In this document: in pieces, positions 9,573-20,823 of the stretch
How positions within the stretch are numbered: position 1 is the first letter of the stretch
How the letters are laid out: every line of letters starts with the position of its first letter
From: Obrimoposthia wandeli
Taxonomy: Eukaryota
Direction: 5' to 3'
NCBI GenBank assembly: GCA_977020255.1
Contig: CDROCS010000506.1
Location: 1,488,001 to 1,552,000, forward strand
DNA length: 64,000 nucleotides
Translations under genes and position numbers: made by a program
Notes under the pieces: generated by a model
The model's input: the letters and a program-made list of their open reading frames with translations, nothing else
Databases searched by the model: none
What the model was told of the DNA's origin: nothing

Positions 9573-10934
9573 ATGATCACCCATATCAAACCCGTTGGTA
9601 GTATGGATTTGCTTTCACAACTGGAAGTCGACCGCTTACAACAAAAAGCCACCAGCGATTTATACCTATTATTCCGTAACTGTTCGCTGGCGGTATTGAA
9701 TTCCGGCTCTCGAACGGATTCAAGTAGTGAAATTTTAAAAGCCTTCCGTAATTTTGATATCAGCGTTGTCCAACAAGAACGCGGCGTCAAACTCGAATTG
9801 CATAACGCGCCAGAACAAGCCTTTGTTGATGGCGAAATCATCCGCGGTATCCAAGAACATCTCTTTTCAGTGTTACGTGACATACTCTATGTCGATAGCT
9901 ACATAGAAAAAGTACCTGTACCAAAAAAAGACTTATCCTCATTCCTAACCAACCAAGTCTTTTCGATTTTACGTAATGCACGTGTGATCAAATCAGACTC
10001 CGATCCCAACATGGTAGTTTGTTGGGGTGGGCACTCAATTCGTTCACCAGAATATGAATATGCCAAAACGGTAGGCCATGAATTAGGCTTACGCGAAATA
10101 AATATATGCACAGGTTGTGGTCCTGGTGCAATGGAAGGACCAATGAAAGGCGCGACTGTAGGCCACGCTAAGCAACGCGTTAAACAACGTCGTTACCTTG
10201 GCCTAACTGAGCCAAGTATCATCGCCGCAGAACCACCAAACCCTATCGTCAATGAATTAGTGATCTTACCGGATATCGAAAAACGCTTAGAGGCCTTTGT
10301 GCGTCTTTCGCACGGTATCATTATTTTCCCCGGTGGCGCTGGCACAGCTGAAGAACTCTTATATCTATTAGGTATAATGATGCACCCCGAGAACAAACGT
10401 CAGCCTTTACCTATCGTATTAACAGGTCCGAAAGAAAGTGAAGAGTACTTCACTACCATTGATGACTTTATTGGGGCTACATTGGGATTTGAAGCGCAAA
10501 AATACTATCAAATAATTATCGACGACGCGGCAAGCGCCGCACAAATAATGAAAAAAGCGATGCAAAAAACCTACGAATACCGCCGCGCAATTGGTGATGC
10601 GTATTCTTATAATTGGAGTCTTAAAATTGAATTAGATTTTCAGGTTCCGTTTATCCCGAATCATCAACATATGGCCGCCTTAAACCTCAACCTTGAACAA
10701 GCGCCCGAAGTACTGGCAATGAACCTGCGTAAAGCCTTTTCAGGCATAGTAGCAGGCAATGTTAAAGACTCAGGGATCCAGTCAATTAAGAAAAATGGGC
10801 CATTTAAACTGCAAGGCGACCCCAAATTAATGCAATTAATGGACAATTTATTAAAAAGTTTCATAAAACAGAACAGAATGAAGCTTCCAGGTAGTAAGTA
10901 TGAGCCTTGTTATGAAATAATTAAACCTAGCTAA
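9573..10934 (+). CDS. ppnN: Nucleotide 5'-monophosphate nucleosidase PpnN (YgdH, LOG family)
   Basis: [48 protein letters not shown] motifs. Confidence 0.96.
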   Translation: MITHIKPVGSMDLLSQLEVDRLQQKATSDLYLLFRNCSLAVLNSGSRTDSSSEILKAFRNFDISVVQQERGVKLELHNAPEQAFVDGEIIRGIQEHLFSVLRDILYVDSYIEKVPVPKKDLSSFLTNQVFSILRNARVIKSDSDPNMVVCWGGHSIRSPEYEYAKTVGHELGLREINICTGCGPGAMEGPMKGATVGHAKQRVKQRRYLGLTEPSIIAAEPPNPIVNELVILPDIEKRLEAFVRLSHGIIIFPGGAGTAEELLYLLGIMMHPENKRQPLPIVLTGPKESEEYFTTIDDFIGATLGFEAQKYYQIIIDDAASAAQIMKKAMQKTYEYRRAIGDAYSYNWSLKIELDFQVPFIPNHQHMAALNLNLEQAPEVLAMNLRKAFSGIVAGNVKDSGIQSIKKNGPFKLQGDPKLMQLMDNLLKSFIKQNRMKLPGSKYEPCYEIIKPS

Positions 10935-10952
10935 CTTTGACGAAACACGGAT

Positions 10953-11732
10953 ATGGCCCAAAATCACTTATTAATCATCGATGCGTTAAACCTGATCCGT
11001 CGAGTACATGCAGTACAACTCAATCAAAGTAACGATCCGGTTGCGCAGATCAGTGCAACCCGTGAAACCATCAAACACGCGGTCAGAAAGTTATTATCAA
11101 TCACAGCACCGACTCATGTTGTCGCTGTGTTTGATGCTGAGCAAACCGGTTGGCGACATGAGATCTACCCTGAATACAAAGCTAATCGCAAACCGATGCC
11201 TGAATCGCTACAACAAGCGCTGACCTTCATCCAAGATGATTTATGGGAATTAAACATCGACTCGCTATTAACAGAGCAAGATGAAGCCGATGACTTGATT
11301 GCAACGCTCGCGGTAAAGATGTCAGCCCAACAGCAACCTGTCACCATTATCTCAACGGATAAAGGCTACTGTCAGCTATTAACACCTTACATTCAAATCC
11401 GTGATTATTTTAATAAACGTTGGTTAGACCAAGAATTTATCGACGAAAAATTTGGCGTTCAACCGCAGCAACTTGCCGATTATTGGGCCTTGGTTGGGAT
11501 CAGTGGTAGCCATTTAGCTGGCGTTGCCGGCGTAGGTCCTAAAACCGCAACACAATTACTTACACAGTATCCTAATTTGGATGCCATTTATGCGAGTGAA
11601 GAGTTAAAACCCAAACTGCGTGAAAAACTTGATACACATAAAGAAATGGCTTATATCACGCAGCAACTGGCACAGCTAAAAATTGATATCCCACTCGGAT
11701 TTAATTTAAAAGATTTAAGATATCAACCTTAA
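10953..11732 (+). CDS. xni: Flap endonuclease Xni (YgdG)
   Basis: LLIIDALNLIRRVHA, YKANRKPMP, EADDLIATLA, STDKGYCQL, GVAGVGPKTA motifs. Confidence 0.95.
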   Translation: MAQNHLLIIDALNLIRRVHAVQLNQSNDPVAQISATRETIKHAVRKLLSITAPTHVVAVFDAEQTGWRHEIYPEYKANRKPMPESLQQALTFIQDDLWELNIDSLLTEQDEADDLIATLAVKMSAQQQPVTIISTDKGYCQLLTPYIQIRDYFNKRWLDQEFIDEKFGVQPQQLADYWALVGISGSHLAGVAGVGPKTATQLLTQYPNLDAIYASEELKPKLREKLDTHKEMAYITQQLAQLKIDIPLGFNLKDLRYQP

Positions 11733-11990
11733 TCTAAAATCATAATTTATAGATTGTAACGCTTAATCATAGCAATCGAATTCTCTCATTAAGCGTTACA
11801 GCAATCTTTAATAGTACAGAAAAAGCGAATATCTAGATCTATATCTAACAAATACATGATCCTCCTTGTGAAACCCTCTATTTAACCAAATTACAGTAGT
11901 AACTGGATTAACAAGTGAGTAATACTTTGTTACCATACGGCAACAAAATATTTTCATTTGAAAGTAAGCCAAATTAAATAAGGAATATGT

Positions 11991-12998
11991 ATGACGCAAA
12001 CAAGAATTACAGTGATCCCAGGTGATGGTATTGGTCCGGATATTATTGAGTCTGCAATTCAAATTTTAGATAAGGCTGGCTGTAACTTCGCATACGATTT
12101 TGCGGATGCCGGTCTTGCTGCGCTACAAACTTCAGGTGAGTTGCTACCAAAAGCGACATTGGATTTAATTGAAAAAAATAAAGTCGCTTTAAAAGGTCCA
12201 CTTACAACACCTGTTGGTGCGGGCTTTACTTCAATCAATGTGTCATTACGTAAGCACTTTAATTTATACGCGAACTTACGCCCAGTATTGTCGTTTAAAG
12301 GCACGCGTAGCCGCTATGAAAATATTGATATCATTACCGTTCGTGAAAACACGGAAGGCATGTACTCTGGCGCAGGCCAAATCATTTCCGATGACGGTAG
12401 TGAAGCAGAAGCAAAAAGTATCATTACCCGTGATGGCGCAGAGCGCATTTGTGTTGCTGCATATGAATTAGCAAAATCAGAAAACCGTAAAAAAGTAACA
12501 GCGATTCATAAAGCCAATATCCTCAAAACGACATCAGGTCTGTTCCTTGAAGTCGCGCGTGAAGTAGCAAAACGTTATCCTGAAATTGAATCAGAAGAAA
12601 TGATCGTTGATGCTGCGTGTATGAACTTGGTTATGTACCCTGAACGTTTCGACGTTATCGTAACGACTAACTTATTCGGTGATATCTTATCGGATTTATG
12701 TGCTGGCTTAGTGGGCGGTCTTGGTATGGCTCCGGGTGCAAACATCGGTGCAGATACAGCTATCTTTGAAGCGGTACATGGTAGCGCTCCAGATATCGCG
12801 GGTAAAAACTTAGCGAATCCAACCTCTGTGATTTTAGCGTCGATTCAAATGTTAGAATATCTAGAAATGAAAACGCAAGCAGACAACATTCGTAACGCTG
12901 TACGTGACGTGATTGAATCGGGTGACAGAACAACACACGATCTAGGTGGCACACATGGTACAACAGACTTTACACAAGCTATCTTAGAGCGTCTATAA
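11991..12998 (+). CDS. NAD-dependent isocitrate dehydrogenase-like (isocitrate/isopropylmalate DH family)
   Basis: IPGDGIGP, LKGPLTTPVGAGFTSINV, HKANILK, NLFGDILSDL, EAVHGSAPDIAG motifs; 335 aa. Confidence 0.88.
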   Translation: MTQTRITVIPGDGIGPDIIESAIQILDKAGCNFAYDFADAGLAALQTSGELLPKATLDLIEKNKVALKGPLTTPVGAGFTSINVSLRKHFNLYANLRPVLSFKGTRSRYENIDIITVRENTEGMYSGAGQIISDDGSEAEAKSIITRDGAERICVAAYELAKSENRKKVTAIHKANILKTTSGLFLEVAREVAKRYPEIESEEMIVDAACMNLVMYPERFDVIVTTNLFGDILSDLCAGLVGGLGMAPGANIGADTAIFEAVHGSAPDIAGKNLANPTSVILASIQMLEYLEMKTQADNIRNAVRDVIESGDRTTHDLGGTHGTTDFTQAILERL

Positions 12999-13261
12999 CA
13001 GCTTTAAAAGCAATGAATGAATACCGCGCTTATACCCAATAAGATCGATACTTAAGCGCTACTCGTTCTAGATTCAGTTACTTAGCATTCGATATGTTGA
13101 GTAACTGCTATTCCAATCTATTCCCCCGCGACATAATCACATTTCCATCATCATATTCGAATCTCATTAAGTCTGTTCATTGTAATTGTAATCCTATTCT
13201 CACCTAGTAATTTATCCATACCGAGCTATAGTTAAGTTTTCATCATCCACGTTGGTGATAT

Positions 13262-13765
13262 ATGGTAACTAACTGCCTCTTTGTTTTACTCTTAATAAGT
13301 CTATTAAGTAGGTCAAGTTTGGCCGCGGATAATAACCTAGGGACAGCAGTTTCAACGCAATATTATACCCATTACCAACCGCCAGAACAGCCCCCTTTTA
13401 CAGCAGCGACCACACCACAATTCGAATTAAAACAACCTTTGCTTGTGGTCAAAAAAAGCAGTGACAAGCGTAAACGAACTGCACAATTACAACTGCTAAA
13501 TATGTGGGTTGACCCCGATATTACTCGACTGTTTATTCCCAGACTTAAAGACATCGGTCGATTAAGTTTAAACCTACATTACAGCCTCAAACGTAGTCCT
13601 TACCTGCTACTCGATTACGAGCGTGTGACGATCAAGACGAAAGTTAAATCTAACGGCATGATACAACACGAGGCTTATTATAATATGGGCATTGAAGGCG
13701 CTATCATTGGAATTAGAGTGCGTGGCGAAGATCCGCTACTCTACTTTAAATATCGCTTTAAATAG
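13262..13765 (+). CDS. Hypothetical exported protein
   Basis: 167-aa ORF, signal-peptide-like N-terminus ending SLA, own bidirectional terminator; no family recognised. Confidence 0.6.
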   Translation: MVTNCLFVLLLISLLSRSSLAADNNLGTAVSTQYYTHYQPPEQPPFTAATTPQFELKQPLLVVKKSSDKRKRTAQLQLLNMWVDPDITRLFIPRLKDIGRLSLNLHYSLKRSPYLLLDYERVTIKTKVKSNGMIQHEAYYNMGIEGAIIGIRVRGEDPLLYFKYRFK

Positions 13766-13787
13766 GGATAGAGACAGGGATAAATCA

Positions 13788-13835
13788 TAAAAAAAGCCAT
13801 TAAATAGTTCACCGCAGTGATATTTAATGGCTTTT
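13788..13835. terminator. Bidirectional terminator between hypothetical gene and rlmM
   Basis: AAAAGCCATTAAATA...TATTTAATGGCTTTT inverted repeat. Confidence 0.75.
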
Positions 13836-13873
13836 AGAAACGGTAATATATCTATATTACCATTATGATTTTA

Positions 13874-15016
13874 TTAGGCTTTTTTATCGTCAGGAATGAA
13901 GTGTGACCAAGCTACATGTACAGTCACTTCATCACGGTCATGATAAAGGTGCTTAGCTTGAATCACAAAACGGTCATCCAGTTGCTTATCCAAAATCTCT
14001 AAGCAATCTTCAAGTGTATGGTAACGACGTTTCAATGGTAATTTAAGGTTAAAGATGGCTTCTTTACACCATGCATTCAATAACCACTTACACATTAGAC
14101 GTGCAACACGTTCAGGTTTCTCGATCATGTCACATACCAGCATATCAACTGGTGGGTTCTCAGGAACCTTAATTTTGTTGCCGTTTAACTTACGGTTAGT
14201 CCAAGCAATCGTCGTTTTAGCTGGCTCATATTTAAAACCATCTTCTTCGTAATGCTTAACTTGACCGGTTTCCATCAGGCTTTCAGCCATAGCACCGTTA
14301 TCAATAGCCACAACAAACATACTGCGTTGTACTAGTTGATACGTCCAACCACCAGGGCAAGCACCTAAATCAACCGCGCGCATTGCACCGCCGATACGTC
14401 GATCCCACTGATCTGCAGGAATGAACGTGTGGAATGCTTCTTCGAGTTTCAATGTCGAGCGGCTTGGCGCTTTCGATGGGAACTTAAGACGCATAATACC
14501 CATAGGTAATGGCGAATTGTTAAAGCTGTATGAGTAACCGATATAAACACTCACGTTATCAATGAAGAATACGTGTAGTACTGGGCGGTTTTTATTTTCT
14601 TTTGCTAATAAGTGATCGTTTTTACGTAATGATTGACGTAGTGGCACTGTGTACTTACGGCAGAATTTAGAAAGCTCTTTACCTTCATTAGTATCTGGCA
14701 TTTCTACACGTAATTCACCCATACCTTCAATACCATCACAAGCGGCAACCACAGGGTTAACACGGTCGTAAAGTGGCATATCATCAACACGTGCATGCAG
14801 TGCAATCATTTGACGAGCAAAGATCAATGATGAAAGTGGTAATTTTTTCGCCAGTGTATCGACATCTTCAGCAGAATGACATTCAAACACAACATAACCC
14901 GAATTTGGCGTTACTTTAGCAAAACCATACGCCTCCATGGCAGTCGCTCGTGCTTGGATCTCAGCTGCACATTCTTTTTCATAACCAGGACGGCAATATA
15001 ATAAAACACCATTCAT
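13874..15016 (-). CDS. rlmM: 23S rRNA C2498 2'-O-methyltransferase RlmM
   Basis: [61 protein letters not shown] motifs; GAGG RBS before ATG 15016. Confidence 0.96.
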   Translation of the reverse strand: MNGVLLYCRPGYEKECAAEIQARATAMEAYGFAKVTPNSGYVVFECHSAEDVDTLAKKLPLSSLIFARQMIALHARVDDMPLYDRVNPVVAACDGIEGMGELRVEMPDTNEGKELSKFCRKYTVPLRQSLRKNDHLLAKENKNRPVLHVFFIDNVSVYIGYSYSFNNSPLPMGIMRLKFPSKAPSRSTLKLEEAFHTFIPADQWDRRIGGAMRAVDLGACPGGWTYQLVQRSMFVVAIDNGAMAESLMETGQVKHYEEDGFKYEPAKTTIAWTNRKLNGNKIKVPENPPVDMLVCDMIEKPERVARLMCKWLLNAWCKEAIFNLKLPLKRRYHTLEDCLEILDKQLDDRFVIQAKHLYHDRDEVTVHVAWSHFIPDDKKA

Positions 15017-15167
15017 TTCTAATAACCTCATTTTCATCATCAACATCGCTGACGATATATACTCAGTATAAATACAATACCGAGACTACTAATACATAAA
15101 ATATACGCAAACCAGTGCAGAATACCGAGTATCTTGAAGTGGTTTGCATACAAAAGTCGCACAGTCT

Positions 15168-15197
15168 AAACCCTTGGCGATATAACACCAAGGGTTT
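15168..15197 (-). terminator. Stem-loop downstream of gcvA
   Basis: AAACCCTTGG...CCAAGGGTTT 10-bp inverted repeat just after the gcvA stop; U-tract is short. Confidence 0.55.
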
Positions 15198-15214
15198 CAT
15201 GCCTTCAAGACAAA

Positions 15215-16126
15215 TTAATTGTCTACAAAGTCTTGTTGTTCTTCTTCTACCAGTGACAACATCCAATCTCGGAATGCCACAATTTTACCTAGTTCATCTT
15301 GTTCTTCACGACAAACCACGTAATACGCGTTTTTACTTACTAATACTTCACTAAAAGGTCGAACTAAACGGCCCGCATCAATTTCAGGCTGCGCCAACAC
15401 ACTATGTCCAAGTGCAACACCTTGCCCGTGTATAGCCGCTTGCAACACCATTGAAGTATGGCTAAAGATGGGCCCTTGATTAACATTAATATCAGTAATA
15501 TTGGTTTGTTTAAACCAAGCAGTCCAATCACGGCGCGAAGTATCATGCAATAAAGTGTGTAATTTTAAGTCACCTGGCGTTTTTAGTGGTTTAGTGTCAT
15601 TTTGCAGTAGTCGTGGTGAGCAAACCGGCACCAAGTATTCGGTATGTAGTTTCTGCGCATGTAAATCTTTCCATTTACCGCGACCATAATAAATAGCGAC
15701 ATCGACATCATCAGTCAGCGAACCATCATCCATATCAACGGCTTTAATACGTACATCAATATCGGGATACAAATCGGCAAATAAAGACAACCGCGGTACT
15801 AACCATTGAATAGCAAAGCTCGGTTGTAAACTGACCGTTAACGATCCTTTTGCACCTCTGGCTAATAAACGTTCAGTCGCATCCACTAATGAAGAAAACG
15901 TATCTTTAATATCAAGAAAATAACTCTGACCTTCTTCTGTTAAAAACAACGCGCGGTTTTGACGGCGAAACAATTTAATGCCTAAATACTCTTCAAGTGC
16001 TTTAATTTGGTGGCTAACAGCGGCTTGCGTCACATAAAGTTCTTCAGATGCGCGTGTAAAGCTAGAATGTCTAGCGGCGGCTTCAAAAACACGTAGCGAA
16101 TTTAAGGGTGGAAGTCTGCGTGACAT
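15215..16126 (-). CDS. gcvA: LysR-family glycine cleavage activator GcvA
   Basis: MSRRLPPLNSLRVFEAAARH, FAIQWLVPRL, GPIFSHTSMVLQAAIHGQGVAL; syntenic with rlmM and GcvB. Confidence 0.95.
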   Translation of the reverse strand: MSRRLPPLNSLRVFEAAARHSSFTRASEELYVTQAAVSHQIKALEEYLGIKLFRRQNRALFLTEEGQSYFLDIKDTFSSLVDATERLLARGAKGSLTVSLQPSFAIQWLVPRLSLFADLYPDIDVRIKAVDMDDGSLTDDVDVAIYYGRGKWKDLHAQKLHTEYLVPVCSPRLLQNDTKPLKTPGDLKLHTLLHDTSRRDWTAWFKQTNITDINVNQGPIFSHTSMVLQAAIHGQGVALGHSVLAQPEIDAGRLVRPFSEVLVSKNAYYVVCREEQDELGKIVAFRDWMLSLVEEEQQDFVDN

Positions 16127-16136
16127 GACGGTATCC

Positions 16137-16208
16137 AGTTAGATAAGAAAAACTAATGCGAAACATTATAATTTGTCAATTGCCAGATTGCCAGAACATA
16201 ACTATAGT
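16137..16208 (+). promoter_or_regulatory. GcvB sigma70 promoter and GcvA-type site
   Basis: TTGCCA(16180-85)-17 bp-TATAGT(16203-08); upstream TTAG-N10-CTAAT resembles a GcvA box. Confidence 0.65.
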
Positions 16209-16214
16209 GCGCGT

Positions 16215-16443
16215 ATGTATATAGGACTTAATACTTATTTTACTTATTCCCGATATTTTCGTTAATTAGTATTATTTATATTGGTTAGTCTTTGTTATGT
16301 AATGTTGTGTTTGTTTGCTTAAACTTTTTGGTTTAGGCCTTTAAGTAGAAACTACTTATTTTTAAACCTTTGATAATATGTTTAATACATTTGTATTATC
16401 CGTCAAAGGTTGTTTAGCGCTGTATTATTACAGCGCTTTTTTT
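16215..16443 (+). ncRNA. gcvB: GcvB small RNA
   Basis: Divergent from gcvA; GU-rich R1-like seed TGTTATGTAATGTTGTGTTTGTTTGC; AAGTAG-AAA-CTACTT hairpin followed by a T-rich stretch, as in E. coli GcvB; terminator AGCGCTGTA...TACAGCGCT-T6. 5' end estimated. Confidence 0.8.
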
Positions 16444-16453
16444 ATGCCTGAAA

Positions 16454-17332
<879 letters not shown>

Positions 17333-17347
17333 TTAAATCAGTTAATA

Positions 17348-18262
17348 TTAATGAATCGTATCGTTGGCGTCACCAAGTTCTTCAACTTGTGCTTTTAATA
17401 CTCGCGTGATCGGATCATCAGGACACTGCTCAATAAAATAAGCAAAGTCTTCACTGGCTAATTTTTTGCAATCAAGTTGTTGCAACAAAAAACCACGATC
17501 GCGGATCTCATACGGTTCATCAGGTTCAAGTTCTAAAATTAAATCAATACAACGTAATGCATACGAAAAATGTTCATCACGAATTAACGCCGCTTTTAAT
17601 ACCTGTAATAAACGCAAATAATGCATTTCATTATTGGCTTCTAACAAATCATCATCGGTTAACAAGGCATGATTACCTTCGATACCACGTAACAATACTT
17701 GTAACTTATGACGACTCAGTATTTGGCCATCAGCAGGATCTACATAGGTCGCTGCTTTTTCATCCCCAAAACGCAATACAAATTGACCCGGGAATAAAAT
17801 ACCTTTTACTTCGACTTCAAAATGCTCGGCGAAATACATAAATACCGTGCCCAGTGATAACGGCACACCATTACGGCTGCCAATCACTTTATGCAATAAC
17901 ACGCTGTCGAGCTCTAGCCATTTGCGCCAATTACCTGCAAAGCCAAGTTGTTGATAAAACAAATACAATAACTGGTCACGTTTTTCAACATCACAGGTAA
18001 AACCTTGCATATCGACTTCGATAAGCTCAATTAGCCCATCTAATTCAATAATCGCTTCTTCGAGTAACGGTTTCTCCGTTATCATTTCGATGGCTGATAA
18101 TGTCGCCAGCATGACGTTATCAATCATCAGCACTTCTTCAGAAAGCTCATCATCGTATTCGTCAAGTTCTTCACTATCAATATCGCTATTATCTAGCGTA
18201 TCTAGTTGTTCTGTTTCTGTCGATTCTGCTTCTGTCAGCGCTTCATTTGCATCAAATTCCAT
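17348..18262 (-). CDS. ychA: SirB1/YchA family protein (transglutaminase-like core + TPR)
   Basis: LLHKVI..RNGVPLSLG, FPGQFVLR, PYEIRDRGFLLQQLDC motifs; position between ychQ and kdsA. Confidence 0.88.
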   Translation of the reverse strand: MEFDANEALTEAESTETEQLDTLDNSDIDSEELDEYDDELSEEVLMIDNVMLATLSAIEMITEKPLLEEAIIELDGLIELIEVDMQGFTCDVEKRDQLLYLFYQQLGFAGNWRKWLELDSVLLHKVIGSRNGVPLSLGTVFMYFAEHFEVEVKGILFPGQFVLRFGDEKAATYVDPADGQILSRHKLQVLLRGIEGNHALLTDDDLLEANNEMHYLRLLQVLKAALIRDEHFSYALRCIDLILELEPDEPYEIRDRGFLLQQLDCKKLASEDFAYFIEQCPDDPITRVLKAQVEELGDANDTIH

Positions 18263-18264
18263 AA

Positions 18265-18639
18265 CTACCTCAGCAAATATGCTTCGCCATTAACGGCGAG
18301 TGAATAGACATAAAATAACCAACCAATACTACCTGCAAATGCAAAACAGCGGAAAAATAAATTCTTAGCTTGCTGTAATGACATAAACATCATAAAAGTG
18401 ATGGCCAGTGTCGATATTAATTTTTCGGTCATCACCGTATCTGCAAACGGTGCTCTTCCCGACACCATGCATACTAAGGCAATCATCATCACTGTGATCA
18501 TATCTATTATTTTACGTGATTTAAGAAAACCAGCATGTTCAAGATACGGTGATTGCTTCACTGTGAAGGCAAAATTTATAAAATACATCAGCACACTTAA
18601 TAACAGTGTCGCTATGTGCAGCGGGAGAACAATATCCAT
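18265..18639 (-). CDS. ychQ: SirB2/YchQ family membrane protein
   Basis: Four hydrophobic helices, LHIA, P.....TEKL motif; position after prmC. Confidence 0.8.
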   Translation of the reverse strand: MDIVLPLHIATLLLSVLMYFINFAFTVKQSPYLEHAGFLKSRKIIDMITVMMIALVCMVSGRAPFADTVMTEKLISTLAITFMMFMSLQQAKNLFFRCFAFAGSIGWLFYVYSLAVNGEAYLLR

Positions 18640-18641
18640 AA

Positions 18642-19490
18642 TTAGACTTCTTTCCGTTGTCCGACAGTAATACGATCGTTATCACCATAATCTTTATAAG
18701 TAATAACCTGGTGGTAATCCGCGGCGATAAATAAATCGCGAACCGCAGTTCCTTGCTCAAAGCCATGTTCGACGAGTAACCAACCACCGGTATTTAAGAA
18801 CGCATAACCGTGGCTAATAATATGTTTAAGATCAGCAAGGCCATCTTCGTCAGCGACTAATGCCGTTAACGGTTCAAAGCGCACATCACCCATCGCCAGA
18901 TGAGGGTCATGTTCTTCAATATAAGGTGGGTTACTGACTATCACATCAAAACGTTGCTCGGATTGCAAAGGTTCAAACCAGCTACCTTGCAGCACTTCGA
19001 CATCAAGACCACAGCGTTTGGCATTACGACGCGCTAATGCTGCAGCACCTTTATTATATTCAATCGCGGTAACCGTAGCCTGCGGAGATTCCGATGCGAG
19101 CGCCAATGCTATTGCACCTGTACCAGTACCTAAATCGAGTACCTGGCAAGTTTGTGTTGGCATACAAGCAAGTGCTTGCTCGACTAATACTTCAGTATCC
19201 GGTCTAGGAATCAAAGTATCAGCAGATACTTCCAATTCTAATGACCAAAATTCACGGTAACCAAGAATATGTGCGACAGGTTCACCCGTCTGACGACGAC
19301 TGATAAGGGCAGAAAAGCGGCTGATAATGTCATCATCCAATTCTTTGTCATCCCAAGCAAAAAGATAACTACGATCTTTTTCCAATAGGAAACAAAGAAT
19401 GACTTCAGCATCCAGTTTTGGGCTTTCGCTGTCAGTGAGCTGCTTGACAGCCCACTGCAGTATTTGTGCAATTGTTTTCACAGTACGCAA
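18642..19490 (-). CDS. prmC: Release factor glutamine methyltransferase
   Basis: GEPVAHILGYREFWSL, TLIPRPDTE, LDLGTGTGAIALA, VSNPPY motifs. Confidence 0.97.
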   Translation of the reverse strand: MRTVKTIAQILQWAVKQLTDSESPKLDAEVILCFLLEKDRSYLFAWDDKELDDDIISRFSALISRRQTGEPVAHILGYREFWSLELEVSADTLIPRPDTEVLVEQALACMPTQTCQVLDLGTGTGAIALALASESPQATVTAIEYNKGAAALARRNAKRCGLDVEVLQGSWFEPLQSEQRFDVIVSNPPYIEEHDPHLAMGDVRFEPLTALVADEDGLADLKHIISHGYAFLNTGGWLLVEHGFEQGTAVRDLFIAADYHQVITYKDYGDNDRITVGQRKEV

Positions 19491-19495
19491 TACAC

Positions 19496-20584
19496 CTAGT
19501 CTGCTTCAGCAAGCGCCGCTAACAGATCAGCTTGATGTTCTTGAATGATAGGTTGGATCAATACATCTAATTCACCTTCCATCACTTCATTCAGACGGTA
19601 AAGTGTTAAGTTGATGCGGTGATCACTTACACGGCCTTGTGGGTAGTTATAAGTACGGATACGTTCTGAACGATCGCCACTTGCAACTAACGTACGACGT
19701 GTACTTTCTTCTTCAAGACGTACTACTTCATCAGCTGCCGCTTGAATACGCGCTTGTAGAATAGACATCGCACGCGCACGGTTTTTATGCTGTGAACGTT
19801 CATCTTGACACTCAACCACAGTACCCGTTGGAATGTGAGTAATACGGATAGCTGAATCGGTTTTATTTACGTGCTGACCACCCGCGCCTGATGCACGGAA
19901 AGTATCAACTTTAAGATCGGCAGTATTAATGCTAATCGCTTCAGACTCTGGTACTTCAGGCATAACCACAACAGTACAAGCAGAGGTATGAATACGACCT
20001 TGTGATTCAGTTTCTGGTACACGTTGTACACGGTGACCACCAGATTCAAACTTCATGGTACCGAATACCGCGTCACCTTCCATCTTAACGATAACTTCTT
20101 TGTAACCGCCTTGATCACTGTCGCTTAAGTTCATAATCGATAAGCGCCAGCCTTTTTTCTCAGCATAACGGCTATACATACGGTAAAGGTCACCAGCAAA
20201 GATTGCCGCTTCATCACCACCAGCACCCGCACGGATCTCTAAGAAACAGTTATTACTGTCATTTGGATCGCGTGGTAACAGTAAAACTTCTAACTCGTCA
20301 CTGATACGGGCAACAGTAGCTTTGCTTTCTTTATATTCTTCAACAGCCATTTCACGCATATCAGGATCTTCATCCTTGAGCATATCTTCTGCTGATTCAA
20401 AATCTTCTTTTGCTTCTTGATATTGTTTAAAGCAAGAAACTAATTCTTCTAATTGCGCGTATTCTTTAGTTAATGCACGGTAACGGTCCTGATCACTGAT
20501 GATCGATGGTTCACTTAATAATGCTTGAACTTCTTCATGACGTTCGATTAAGGCTTCTAATTTTGTAATGATCGATGCTTTCAT
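19496..20584 (-). CDS. prfA: Peptide chain release factor 1
   Basis: [39 protein letters not shown] motifs; start MKASII at 20584. Confidence 0.98.
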   Translation of the reverse strand: MKASIITKLEALIERHEEVQALLSEPSIISDQDRYRALTKEYAQLEELVSCFKQYQEAKEDFESAEDMLKDEDPDMREMAVEEYKESKATVARISDELEVLLLPRDPNDSNNCFLEIRAGAGGDEAAIFAGDLYRMYSRYAEKKGWRLSIMNLSDSDQGGYKEVIVKMEGDAVFGTMKFESGGHRVQRVPETESQGRIHTSACTVVVMPEVPESEAISINTADLKVDTFRASGAGGQHVNKTDSAIRITHIPTGTVVECQDERSQHKNRARAMSILQARIQAAADEVVRLEEESTRRTLVASGDRSERIRTYNYPQGRVSDHRINLTLYRLNEVMEGELDVLIQPIIQEHQADLLAALAEAD

Positions 20585-20823
20585 CTTTACTCTCGTATTA
20601 CCGTTAAATAGATCACTGAAGTCTGACACAGGCTGCTTCAGCAATTGGATATGAATTATTTCTTTGTTGTGATCGGCAAGGATACCTATATGTAAGGAAA
20701 TAGTCGATTGCTTTCCGAAAATTTACCTTGGATATAGCAAATATATGCTAAACAATTTGAAATAGGCGGAGCCGTTGTTAATCGATAAAGACAATTAACA
20801 ACAGTTTCGTTAGGAAGTGATAG

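Noticed and set aside
15063-15200. 45-67 aa hydrophobic ORF between gcvA and rlmM as a ygdD remnant
   Set aside because: No similarity to DUF423 motifs, poorly spaced RBS, and it overlaps the gcvA terminator hairpin.
20585-20644. N-terminal extensions in track ORFs (prfA, and likewise yqcC, syd, rlmM, MCP 28784, SirB2 37911, OMP 54301)
   Set aside because: These are longest-ORF artefacts; downstream Met codons match homolog starts and have better RBSs.
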